Origin: Pseudomonadota bacterium
GTDB lineage: Bacteria > Pseudomonadota > Gammaproteobacteria > Burkholderiales > JBFMAC01
Assembly: GCA_040756015.1 (NCBI GenBank)
Contig: JBFMAC010000001.1
Location: 150,475 to 214,474, forward strand
Direction: 5' to 3'
DNA: 64,000 bases
The translations under genes were made by a program, and so were the position numbers. Positions 53,453 to 64,000 of this stretch are shown piece after piece. Below the pieces are notes generated by a model that saw nothing but the letters and a program-made list of their open reading frames with translations, had not been told where the DNA came from and ran no database searches. Position 1 is the first letter of the stretch, and every line of letters starts with the position of its first letter.

Positions 53453-54402
53453 CGTTTGCTCGGCACCGGCATGGCACAAGCCTTGAGCAGGTCCTGCGCC
53501 GGTAGCGCTGCGACAGCAGCCCGGACTGTTCGTGCGATCAACGTCGTATCGATGTCGGGCTCCAGGTCCGCAGGGCCGCCCTTACCACCGGAGGGAAAGG
53601 CCATCAGCCCTTCGACTGCGTCCTTGAGCTCAAATTCCCCGGTGCAATTGCGGCAATACACGTGGTCACCTGCGTGGTGTTCGCGCCTGAGCACCAAGGT
53701 CGGTCCGCACATCGGGCATTCGCGTAGCGGAATCCCTTCATCGCTGTGGCTGATAACGTGGTCGAAGACACCCTGTCCGCCCATTTGCAGAAAGGTGTCG
53801 GCAACGTGCCGGTCAAACTGCACGCCGCTCACTTCGCCAATGACGGACAAGGCGCGATCTCGATGCATCCCGGCTCGATAGGGTCGATGGCTGGTCATCG
53901 CGTCGAAGGCATCGCAGACCCCGACGATGCGCGCCATTGGCGGAATAACTTCACCGGCCAATCCCAGCGGATACCCTCGTCCATCCGGGCGCTCGTGATG
54001 CAACAGCACGGCATCTTGCACCAAGTCGGCCAAAGGGTGCCCTGCCAATAAGCGACGGCCGACATCGGGATGGGTCTTGATGACGGCGTATTCGTCATCG
54101 CTCAATGGGCCAGGCTTGCGCAAGATGGCGTCCGGCACGGCGATCTTGCCCAAGTCGTGCAGGAAGCCGCCCAGGCTGACACGTGCAGCATCGGCTTCGC
54201 TGTAGCCCAACCGGTCTGCCACCAGTCGCGCGTAGCACGATACCCGCCACAGATGCCCGCCGGTGTAGGGGTCGCGCGCCTCGACGGCCCAAGCCATGGT
54301 CATCAGGCTGGCCAAGAGGTGCGCCGCATGGGTCGTGGCATCTGCGGGGTCAAGACAATCTTCATTCGAGAACCACCGACTCAGTGAAGGTATTAAGGAC
54401 AT
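53449..54402 (-). CDS. HD-GYP domain phosphodiesterase with C-terminal Cys4 ribbon
   Basis: HDLGK...HHERPDGRGYP motifs, then CPMCG...CRNC near the C-terminus. Confidence 0.8.
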   Translation of the reverse strand: MSLIPSLSRWFSNEDCLDPADATTHAAHLLASLMTMAWAVEARDPYTGGHLWRVSCYARLVADRLGYSEADAARVSLGGFLHDLGKIAVPDAILRKPGPLSDDEYAVIKTHPDVGRRLLAGHPLADLVQDAVLLHHERPDGRGYPLGLAGEVIPPMARIVGVCDAFDAMTSHRPYRAGMHRDRALSVIGEVSGVQFDRHVADTFLQMGGQGVFDHVISHSDEGIPLRECPMCGPTLVLRREHHAGDHVYCRNCTGEFELKDAVEGLMAFPSGGKGGPADLEPDIDTTLIARTVRAAVAALPAQDLLKACAMPVPSKR

Positions 54403-54425
54403 GGCATCGCTCCTCCATTATGTGA

Positions 54426-55532
54426 TTAGGCCGCCTGAAGCGTATGGCGCGCGATGAAGCGGCGATCAATGGCGTCTTTCCAACGCCAAACCCAACGCCC
54501 CTCGGCGCTGAAACCACCCCAGGATGCGATGGCTTGCCGCTCGCCGCTGCGTAGTAAATACAAGGACTTCTTCCTCGGTCGGTAGGCGCGCAATGGCTTA
54601 CCCGAAAGCACAGCCAAGAGGTTATGTGCCAGCACCGGGCCAGCGTGAACCGCATGCACACCGGATCGCGCCATTACAACGTCCATGCGCGCACAGATGT
54701 CGCCCGAGGCGAAAACCTGTGGATGCGACAAGGAGCGATGAAAAGCATCCACCGCAACGTGTCCGTGTTCATCCAGCGCCAACTTGGCAAGCTTCAGCCA
54801 GCAAGGCGCGCGTGCACCAGTGGCGGCCAACACGATGTCGGGATGCAACTCGCGCCCATCGGCCAGCATCACGCCACCGGGAATGCCAACCGCTCGCTGC
54901 GCGTGGACGGTGATGCCCGCCTCTTTCAAGCAGCGCGTTGCCCGCCGACGCACGTCCAGCCCATGTTCTGGCAGCAGTCCAGAGGCCCCTACAACCAGAT
55001 GCAGGTCAGCACGCCCAACTCCGCGCAGCGCTTCGTGCACCGCCATCACCAACTCGAAACCCGCCGCGCCACCACCCACGACAACGGCTTGGGCACTGTG
55101 ACTGCCCTGAGCTTTGGCAATCCACGTCGACCAACGCTCGGCAAAGCCGTCCAACGGCTTGACTGGCAGCAGCTTGGGGCCAACCTCTTCAAACCAGGCG
55201 CAATCCGTTTCGGAGCCCGTGTCCAGCGACAAAAGATCGTAGTCCAGGTGACGCCCATTCGGCAGACCGACGCATCGCCGCTCCGCATCCATGCCGACGA
55301 CCGTCGATTCGATCAGTTCGACGCCTGCAGCCGCGCAGAGCGGACGCAGATCGATGCTCATCGCGCTCAAGGGGTAAGTCCCGGCCATCCAGCCCGGCAA
55401 CATGCCGGAATAGCGCTGATAGGCTGAAGGGGTCACCAGCACGGCAGACAGCCCTGTTGGACGCTGACGCGCCAACTGGCGTAATACCGCCAGATGAGCG
55501 TGCCCCCCTCCTGCGAGAATCAGTCTTTTCAT
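54426..55532 (-). CDS. FAD-dependent pyridine-nucleotide-disulfide oxidoreductase family protein
   Basis: 368 aa with the dinucleotide fold MKRLILAGGGHAHL. Confidence 0.75.
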   Translation of the reverse strand: MKRLILAGGGHAHLAVLRQLARQRPTGLSAVLVTPSAYQRYSGMLPGWMAGTYPLSAMSIDLRPLCAAAGVELIESTVVGMDAERRCVGLPNGRHLDYDLLSLDTGSETDCAWFEEVGPKLLPVKPLDGFAERWSTWIAKAQGSHSAQAVVVGGGAAGFELVMAVHEALRGVGRADLHLVVGASGLLPEHGLDVRRRATRCLKEAGITVHAQRAVGIPGGVMLADGRELHPDIVLAATGARAPCWLKLAKLALDEHGHVAVDAFHRSLSHPQVFASGDICARMDVVMARSGVHAVHAGPVLAHNLLAVLSGKPLRAYRPRKKSLYLLRSGERQAIASWGGFSAEGRWVWRWKDAIDRRFIARHTLQAA

Positions 55533-55993
55533 CAGCGCAGCCCGAAATGACGGCGCACCGCTTGTAACGCTTGTTGTCGGGTTATCGCGTTTGCCAGATC
55601 GTCCTTACTCAGGTACAGCAGCGCTGACGCGCTCCCCAACTCAGCTTGGTGAACGCCTCCATCCTCCAATCCCGATACCTTTGCGGTCAGTCCAGCTTGT
55701 CGCCCGACGCGATCCAAACTGTCTTTGATCTTGGCGTAAGGCAAAAGGGCGGCAAATAGCAATGGCATCTTTGCGTTTGCCTCTCTCAGGCGCTTGACGA
55801 CATCTTCTGGAGACACCTCCATGGAGGAACTCACCGCAAGCGAAATCACGGCACCGGCACAAGCTCGCGACAAATCAGTCAGGTCAGCGGGCCTTTCAGC
55901 CTTGATCACCTTGAATCCGGCCTCTTCGAGAAAAGGCTTCATCTCGGAAACGATGAATGTGTGTGGCCGCGCCAGCAAGACTGAAGTGCTCAT
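55532..55993 (-). CDS. hypothetical protein
   Basis: 153 aa, coupled to the downstream oxidoreductase by an ATGA overlap. Confidence 0.55.
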   Translation of the reverse strand: MSTSVLLARPHTFIVSEMKPFLEEAGFKVIKAERPADLTDLSRACAGAVISLAVSSSMEVSPEDVVKRLREANAKMPLLFAALLPYAKIKDSLDRVGRQAGLTAKVSGLEDGGVHQAELGSASALLYLSKDDLANAITRQQALQAVRRHFGLR

Positions 55994-56135
55994 GCGATGT
56001 TCTCCTGTTGAATCGATGCGGGTTTGTCGTGCAGGCAGGCCAGGTTCTTACAGATCGCCTCCAACAAGTTGAAGGTGTAAGAAGCAGAAGCCTCGGAGCG
56101 ACTAAATGTCATCTTTCAACTTTTTGGACTAAGAC

Positions 56136-57002
56136 ATGAGCGACGCATTGATTGGCATCCTTGGTGGCAGCGGCCTGTATCAACTGGATGCCCTTGCACA
56201 AGTCCGTGAGGAGCGCGTCGAGACGCCCTATGGTGCGCCATCGGACGTGATCATGACTGGCACCCTGGACGGCATCCGCGTTGCCTTTCTGGCGCGCCAC
56301 GGACGCGGCCATCGCCTGCTGCCATCCGAAGTGCCCTATCGGGCCAACATTTATGCGTTCAAGCAACTTGGCGTGCGTTACCTCTTGTCATTCTCTGCGG
56401 TGGGGTCACTACGAGAGGACGTGGCTCCCTTGGATTTCGTCTTGCCGGATCAGTACATCGACCTGACCCGTCGGCAAGAAAGCACTTTTTTTGGAAATGG
56501 CGTGGTGGCTCACGTCTCCATGGCACAACCGGTTTGCCCAGTGACCCGAGAGGTTTTGGCGCGCGCGGTGCACGGCTCCTTGGGTGCTGACGCCCCGCGC
56601 CTGCATCAGGGGGGTACCTATGTCTGCATTGAAGGACCTCAGTTTTCCAGTCTGGCCGAATCCAACTGGTATCGCAGCATGGGCGCCAGCGTCATCGGCA
56701 TGACCAATATGCCGGAAGCGAAATTGGCGAAGGAAGCGCAAATGGCCTATGCCAGCTTGGCCATGGTGACCGACTACGATTGCTGGCACCCTCGGGAGGC
56801 CCACGTTACAGCCGACATGGCTATCGCCAATCTCATGACGAATGCAGAACGCGCCAAGTTGGTGGCGGCCGAAGCGATCCGGGTCTTAGGTGCCGAAAGA
56901 CCTGATTCTCCTGCGCATAACGCCCTACAGAGCGCTGTGGTTACGCCCGCCGAAGCCATTCCGGAAACGCTGAAACGGCAGCTTGCCGTTCTACTTCGCT
57001 AG
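56136..57002 (+). CDS. mtnP: S-methyl-5'-thioadenosine phosphorylase
   Basis: 288 aa. IGILGGSGLY...FLARHGRGH...VIGMTNMPEAKLAKEA. Confidence 0.88.
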   Translation: MSDALIGILGGSGLYQLDALAQVREERVETPYGAPSDVIMTGTLDGIRVAFLARHGRGHRLLPSEVPYRANIYAFKQLGVRYLLSFSAVGSLREDVAPLDFVLPDQYIDLTRRQESTFFGNGVVAHVSMAQPVCPVTREVLARAVHGSLGADAPRLHQGGTYVCIEGPQFSSLAESNWYRSMGASVIGMTNMPEAKLAKEAQMAYASLAMVTDYDCWHPREAHVTADMAIANLMTNAERAKLVAAEAIRVLGAERPDSPAHNALQSAVVTPAEAIPETLKRQLAVLLR

Positions 57003-57204
57003 GTATGGAAGATGGCCTTGGTCCACCTCCAATTGCCGTGCTGTTGGAATTAGAGAATGGCACCCACTGCAGCGAACTCACAGCCGTGCGACTGAATGAC
57101 TAAACGACAAGAGTCATATGCCGCGAGTCTGTCACGTGCGGCCCCGCGTAAGCGAAGGGGGCGGCTTCCCTTCGCCACGCGAAAACGCCGAGTAGGAGCC
57201 CGCA

Positions 57205-58119
57205 TTGGAGCTTAGACTACTGCGCTACTTCGTCGCGGTTGCAGAAGAATTGCATTTTGCGCGTGCGGCCGAGCGCCTTGGCATTGAGCAATCGCCTGTG
57301 TCGCGCGCTATGCGTCATCTTGAAACCAGGCTCGACGTGCAGTTGTTCGACCGCAGTGCAAACCAGACGCGACTGACCTGGGCCGGCCAAGTGTTCCTCG
57401 GAGAGTGCCGGCGCGTGCTAGACACCGTGGAGCAGGCGGTGAGTGCAACAAAGGCTGCGGCGCAGGGCTATCAGGGGTATCTGCGCATTGCCATCTGCGA
57501 CACCTTGGCGCAGCCCCACATTGCCACCTTGCTGGCGCGAAGCCGCGAAGAAGAACCGGAACTGGAGATTCGCGTCTTCGAGCTGCCTTTCTCGCAGCAG
57601 CTCAAAGGCCTCCACAACGATCTGCTGGACATCGGCTTTGCACTCTCGGATGCGGTGAATGATGGCCTCGTCGCCGAGCCCGTGTGGACCGATCCGCTGT
57701 CAGTGATCGTGCCCGTGCGCCACCCCTTGCTGGTGCACACGGAGGTGCCGCTGGATGAAGCCTTGAAGTTTCCGCTGGTGCTGTGCCATCCGAACGCGGG
57801 ATCGGGCTGCCACCATCAAATCCAGGCTGTGCTTCAAGGCGCGTCCTTGCCGCTCAAGCTGGCAGACCAAGTGACGAGCTTAGGCGTGATGCTGACCCTG
57901 GTCGGTGCGGGCTACGGCATCGGTTTCGCTATTGCTTCGCACGTGCAGACCCTGAACCGCCCCGACATAGCCGTCCGTCCCTTGGCAGGCACGCCCATGC
58001 TATCCACCTACTTGCTGCGCCGTCTGGGCGAGCCATCCGAGCCGATAAAGCGGTTCCTGCTGCGTGCACGCGAGGAGTTCCTGCCGAAGGGAGATGATGG
58101 ACTGGCCGTGTGGCGTTGA
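57205..58119 (+). CDS. LysR-family transcriptional regulator
   Basis: 304 aa (TTG start in the ORF track), reading ELRLLRYFVAVAEELHFARAAERLGIEQSPVSRAMRHLE. Confidence 0.88.
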   Translation: MELRLLRYFVAVAEELHFARAAERLGIEQSPVSRAMRHLETRLDVQLFDRSANQTRLTWAGQVFLGECRRVLDTVEQAVSATKAAAQGYQGYLRIAICDTLAQPHIATLLARSREEEPELEIRVFELPFSQQLKGLHNDLLDIGFALSDAVNDGLVAEPVWTDPLSVIVPVRHPLLVHTEVPLDEALKFPLVLCHPNAGSGCHHQIQAVLQGASLPLKLADQVTSLGVMLTLVGAGYGIGFAIASHVQTLNRPDIAVRPLAGTPMLSTYLLRRLGEPSEPIKRFLLRAREEFLPKGDDGLAVWR

Positions 58120-58297
58120 GCGCTCAGGTACATCGACTATTGTCGGCAGTCCATGGCTCGCACTGGACCTACTCGGAGCGAGTGTTGCCCGAGAGTGGGT
58201 TTTCAGTCCATAATAACGTCTATCTCGGTTCGCCGAGTGCGGAAAACTCGTTATCAATCAACGAGTTGGGAACGCGATGATGTTCCCTTCACCCGCT

Positions 58298-58340
58298 CCA
58301 GAATAAAACAGCCCGTTATGTCCGGGCTGTTTTATTCTGG
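58298..58340. terminator. bidirectional hairpin terminator
   Basis: CCAGAATAAAACAGCCCG-ttatgtc-CGGGCTGTTTTATTCTGG. An 18-bp stem with T tracts in both orientations. Confidence 0.7.
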
Positions 58341-58555
58341 AATGTGATTGGGAAGCGAACCCTGGGGGTTCGACAGGCGGATGTCCGGCGGCCATCCGCC
58401 TGGACGCCGGCACGTACTGAGAGTGCCGGCGGTCGCGAGGCGCATTGCGCCGAGAGATGGCTGGATCGCCATCAGGCGAGCCAGACACATTCCCTCCGCC
58501 CGCTCCAGATTCTCATAGCCCACGGCAGCGCTGCCCAATAAGAAAAGGGAGCACC

Positions 58556-60670
58556 ATGAAAAAGATTCTCAAGTATCTATTGTGGACGGTTCTCGGTGTG
58601 GTGGTGCTGGCGGTGGCGGTCGTTGCCTATGTGGCTGCGACTTTCGACCCCAACGACTACAAGCCGCAGATCATCAAGCTGGTGAAGGAGCAGAAGCGCC
58701 GCGACCTGCAACTGGGCGACATCCAGCTCACGTTTTTCCCCAGCATCGGCGCGGAGGTCAGTCAGCTGGTGCTGTCAGAGCGCGACAGCAGTAAGGAGTT
58801 TGCCGCAGCCCAGCATGCGCGCGTGGAGCTCCAGTTGCTGCCGCTGTTCAGCAAGCAGGCAGTAGTGGATGCGGTCGAGCTTGACGGGGTGCGGGTAGCG
58901 CTGGTGCGGCGCAAAGATGGCAGCACCAACATCGATGACCTGCTCGGCAAGGGCGGGCAGGCGGTGGCGCAGGAGGGGGGCGGCAAGGTTGGTTTCGATA
59001 TCGGTCATGTCGCCATCAGCGACCTCAGCTTCACCTATCGTGACGAGCAATCCGGCGCCAAATACGAACTGGCGCACGCCAGCCTGAAGACCGGGCGCAT
59101 CGCCAGCGGCGTACCGGGCGAGATGGAACTGAGCCTTGCGGTGCAGGGCAACCAGCCCAAGCTCGCGCTCGATATCCAGGTTGGTGGCCGTTATACCTTC
59201 GATCTCGATGGGCAGCGCTATGGGTTGCGGGATTTGAAGCTGGAGGTGAAGGGTGAGGCGGCGGGCATCACGGACCTGGTGTTGGATGCCAGCGGCAACC
59301 TTGATTTCAACGGGCAAAGCAGTGAGTTTTCTGCGGCGGGAATGAACGTGGCGTTTTCCGGCAAGCGCGGTGGAGATAACCTCCTCGCCAAGCTGGATGC
59401 ACCCAAACTGTCTTTCGCGCATGGGCAGTTCGGCGGCGACAAGGCCACATTAAACCTTGAACTCGATGGCGGCGGCCGGGCGGTCGCGGCCAATCTGGTA
59501 CTGACCGATGTTGCGGGCAGCATGCAGGCTTTCAGGACGGCACTGGTGCTGAAACTTTCCGCGACGCTGCCGGATGCGCCGACGGTTTCCGGCGACATGC
59601 GCGGCAGCCTTGCCGTGGATCGCGCCAAGGAAAGCGTGCAGGCCAGCTTCGCCGGCACGCTGATGGAAAGCCAGGTCAGGGCCAAGGTGGGCATGAATGG
59701 CTTCACACAGCCGGTCTACAACTTCGATCTCGATATCGACAAGCTCGACGTGGACCGCCTGCTGCCGCCGAAGAAAGCGGCAACGCAGGCCAAGGCGGGG
59801 CCGGAGCAGCCGCTCGACCTGTCCGCGCTGAAGGGGCTGAACGCCAATGGCAACCTGCGTATAGCCGCGCTCATGGCTGCCAATATCCAGGCATCGCAGG
59901 TCAAGGTGGGCATCAAGGCGGCCAACGGCATGCTGGTGCTGAGTCCGCTGTCGGCCACCCTTTATCAGGGCACGCTCAACGGCTCGGCCACGGTCAGCGC
60001 GGCGGGGCCGCGCATCGCGTTGAAGCAGGATCTGGCGGGGGTGAGCATTGCGCCGTTGCTCAAGGACGTCGCCGGCAAGGATGTGCTGGAAGGCAAGGGG
60101 CGCATCGCGCTGGACGTTACCACGCAGGGCGCGACGGTGACGCAAATGAAAAAAGCGCTTAACGGCAGCCTGTCGGTCAACCTTGCCGACGGCGCCATCA
60201 AGGGCATCAACCTTGCTGCGACCCTGCGCTCGGCCAAGGCCAACCTGGGTGGGAAGGGTGAGCAGACCCAGGCGGCGAACACGGCGGAGAAAACCGACTT
60301 CTCCGAACTGAAGGCGAGCTTTGCCATCAGGAACGGTGTGGCGCACAACGAGGATTTGTCGCTCAAGTCGCCGCTGCTGCGCGTGGGCGGCAATGGCGAC
60401 ATCAATGTGGGCGAAGACAGCATCAACTACCTGGCCAAGGCGACAGTGGTAGCGACTGCCGCCGGGCAGGGCGGGGCGGAACTGGCACAGCTGAAAGGTA
60501 TGACCATCCCGGTGCGGGTAATGGGGCCTTATACCGCGTTGCAGTACAAGATCGACTTCGGCGCGATGGTGGGCGAGGTCGCCAAGCAGAAGGTCGAGGA
60601 GAAGAAAGAAGAGCTTAAATCCCGGTTGCAAGAGGAACTCAAGAGCGGGCTCAAGGGGTTGTTCCGCTAG
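58556..60670 (+). CDS. asmA: AsmA-family outer-membrane assembly protein
   Basis: 704 aa from ATG 58556 (AAAAGGGAG SD). N-terminal TM anchor and a long beta-rich repeat body. Confidence 0.8.
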   Translation: MKKILKYLLWTVLGVVVLAVAVVAYVAATFDPNDYKPQIIKLVKEQKRRDLQLGDIQLTFFPSIGAEVSQLVLSERDSSKEFAAAQHARVELQLLPLFSKQAVVDAVELDGVRVALVRRKDGSTNIDDLLGKGGQAVAQEGGGKVGFDIGHVAISDLSFTYRDEQSGAKYELAHASLKTGRIASGVPGEMELSLAVQGNQPKLALDIQVGGRYTFDLDGQRYGLRDLKLEVKGEAAGITDLVLDASGNLDFNGQSSEFSAAGMNVAFSGKRGGDNLLAKLDAPKLSFAHGQFGGDKATLNLELDGGGRAVAANLVLTDVAGSMQAFRTALVLKLSATLPDAPTVSGDMRGSLAVDRAKESVQASFAGTLMESQVRAKVGMNGFTQPVYNFDLDIDKLDVDRLLPPKKAATQAKAGPEQPLDLSALKGLNANGNLRIAALMAANIQASQVKVGIKAANGMLVLSPLSATLYQGTLNGSATVSAAGPRIALKQDLAGVSIAPLLKDVAGKDVLEGKGRIALDVTTQGATVTQMKKALNGSLSVNLADGAIKGINLAATLRSAKANLGGKGEQTQAANTAEKTDFSELKASFAIRNGVAHNEDLSLKSPLLRVGGNGDINVGEDSINYLAKATVVATAAGQGGAELAQLKGMTIPVRVMGPYTALQYKIDFGAMVGEVAKQKVEEKKEELKSRLQEELKSGLKGLFR

Positions 60671-60705
60671 TGTGGTTGGTGTTTTCTTCGGGAAGGTCTG
60701 ACCAA

Positions 60706-60823
60706 TATTGATCCGGCACGAATGGAAATTACATTCCGTTCGGCCCGAGCCTGTCGAAGGCCATGTAGCCTTCATGTTTATGACAAGCTCGACACGAACG
60801 GCTTCATACGTGCCGAATCTATA
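60706..60823. repeat. 118-bp IR-bounded MITE-like element, copy 2
   Basis: Termini TATTGATCCGGCACG (60706-20) and CGTGCCGAATCTATA (60809-23) match 13/15 as inverted repeats. The interior folds into a long hairpin. Confidence 0.55.
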
Positions 60824-60885
60824 ATCAGGCCGCCAGCCCGCCTGAATTGACCTTTGCAGGGTGTCACGGTATAGTCTCGCCCTCT

Positions 60886-60962
60886 CGGGGTGTAGCGTAG
60901 CCTGGTAGCGCGCCTGGTTTGGGACCAGGATGTCGGGAGTTCAAATCTCTCCACCCCGACCA
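60886..60962 (+). tRNA. tRNA-Pro (TGG)
   Basis: Acceptor CGGGGTG/CACCCCG, anticodon loop tTTGGGa, T-arm GGGAGTTCAAATCTCTC, encoded CCA. 77 nt. Confidence 0.9.
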
Positions 60963-60984
60963 GGAATTGGACGGTTTGGGTTTG

Positions 60985-61061
60985 GTGCCCGTAGCTCAAC
61001 CGGATAGAGCACCAGCCTTCTAAGCTGGGGGTTACAGGTTCGATTCCTGTCGGGCACGCCA
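60985..61061 (+). tRNA. tRNA-Arg (TCT)
   Basis: Acceptor GTGCCCG/CGGGCAC, anticodon stem CCAGC/GCTGG with loop CTTCTAA, T-arm CAGGTTCGATTCCTG, CCA. 77 nt. Confidence 0.9.
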
Positions 61062-61094
61062 AAAAATGCGCGCCCGGCTGTCGATTTTTCTAGT

Positions 61095-61171
61095 GGTGGT
61101 CGTAGCTCAGTTGGTAGAGTCCCGGATTGTGATTCCGGTTGTCGTGGGTTCGAGTCCCATCGACCACCCCA
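61095..61171 (+). tRNA. tRNA-His (GTG)
   Basis: Has the extra G-1, acceptor GTGGTCG/CGACCAC, anticodon loop TTGTGAT, T-arm TGGGTTCGAGTCCCA, CCA. 77 nt. Confidence 0.9.
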
Positions 61172-61398
61172 TATCACTCGCGTTCCCGCGAGAGTCATCA
61201 CTAACATCTGAAGATGGTGTGGTGGAATCGTGAGGGACGTGTTCTCGGCATGGCGCGCGATGTATCCTGGAGCGAGGTGGGCGTGGCGCGGCACCATGAC
61301 CATGTCGGCCCATCCTCCCAGGGAAACGCTGATTTATTCCCCCAGTCATACTGAATTTTGAGGAAATTCCGGCAAGCCAACAAACAAGGAACAGCTGG

Positions 61399-61871
61399 AT
61401 GCAGGCGAGTTTTTCCGAACTGGGGTATGCCAGCAAGAAGAAACAAATCCGGCGGGATCGGTTTCTCGACGAGATTGAAGTGACCGCCCCGTGGGACGTA
61501 CTGATTGCTGTGATTGCGCCACACTACCCGGTCAACGATGAGCACGCACGGCTGACCACGCCGTTGGGATCATCCTGCGCATGTACATTGCGCAGCAATG
61601 CTTTGGGCCCTCCGACGAAGGGATAGAGGATGCGCTGTATGACAGCCAGGCGATTCGCTGTTTTGTAGGTATAGACCTGGGCCGTCAATCGGCACCGGAC
61701 GCCACCACGCTGCTCAAGTTCCGCCGTCTGCTGGAAGCTCACCAGCTGACGGGTGCCATCTTCTCGGCCATCAACGCCCATCTGGTGGCGCGAGGACTGT
61801 TCATGCGCGTCGGCACGATCGTCGCGCCACCCTGGTTGCTGCGCCGTCCTCGACCGGGTGCAGTAACGTGA
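61399..61871 (+). pseudogene. IS5-family transposase remnant (N-terminal third, frameshifted, truncated)
   Basis: Two ORFs in different frames. MQASFSELGYASKKKQIRRDRFLDEIEVTAPWDVLIAVIAPHYP and ...EGIEDALYDSQAIRCFVGIDL...TTLLKFRRLLEAHQL match the IS5 N-terminus. A further shift occurs at GTIV, and nothing follows ~61870. Confidence 0.75.
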
Positions 61872-61879
61872 GTGCCCCC

Positions 61880-64000
<2,121 letters not shown>

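Noticed and set aside
60778-61545. ORFs 60778-61062, 60941-61303, 61107-61436 and 61201-61545 (minus strand).
   Set aside because: They overlap the three tRNA genes and the MITE-like repeat, and have neither a coding signature nor an RBS.

Overview
High-GC proteobacterial DNA, betaproteobacterium-like by gene content. It falls into three parts.

(1) 1 to ~25.4 kb is an all-minus-strand block from an ICEclc/PFGI-1/PAPI-1-family integrative conjugative element (ICE).
- It starts with the tail of the pilus/mating-pore module: an SLT transglycosylase, a TIGR03759-like protein and a PilL-like lipoprotein.
- Next come an SNF2 helicase and an N6-adenine methyltransferase.
- Then a string of small ICE genes (DUF932, DUF3275, DUF3577, DUF3085 and unknowns).
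- It ends with TopB, SSB, DUF3158-like, TIGR03761-like, an STY4528-like 'replication' protein, DUF2857-like, ParB, a Shi/HicA-like protein, ParA and AlpA.
- No integrase, relaxase or att site lies in the window.

(2) ~25.9-53 kb is visibly lower in GC and is a mosaic metal/metalloid island.
- It holds a LysR gene and merR-merTP-GDCCVxC with no merA.
- It holds cusCBA plus a small Cys/His/Met-rich gene.
- Adjacent IS30-family and IS4-family insertions both carry target-site duplications.
- An 11-gene arsenic/radical-SAM operon runs PiT-ArsC-ArsM...ArsS, with divergent AhpD-like and Grx genes.
- A bufferin-type RiPP metallophore operon (bufABC-doxX) sits next to an ECF sigma/anti-sigma pair.

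(3) ~53-64 kb is probably chromosomal backbone. It holds HD-GYP, an oxidoreductase, MTAP, LysR, AsmA, tRNA-Pro/Arg/His, a decayed IS5 and a partial KatG.

The most unusual signals are non-coding and lie inside the ICE.
- A ~75-nt three-hairpin element occurs four times, with compensatory stem changes, in the leaders of ICE gene cassettes.
- Terminator-like hairpins abut the next gene's ribosome-binding site.
- An exact 21-bp palindrome recurs around the ssb/topB operons.
- An origin-like cluster (AT-rich spacer inside a 12-bp inverted repeat, plus repeated 15-bp palindromes read in two different frames) is buried inside the STY4528-like gene.

All family names are from my recognition of motifs. 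No database search was run.
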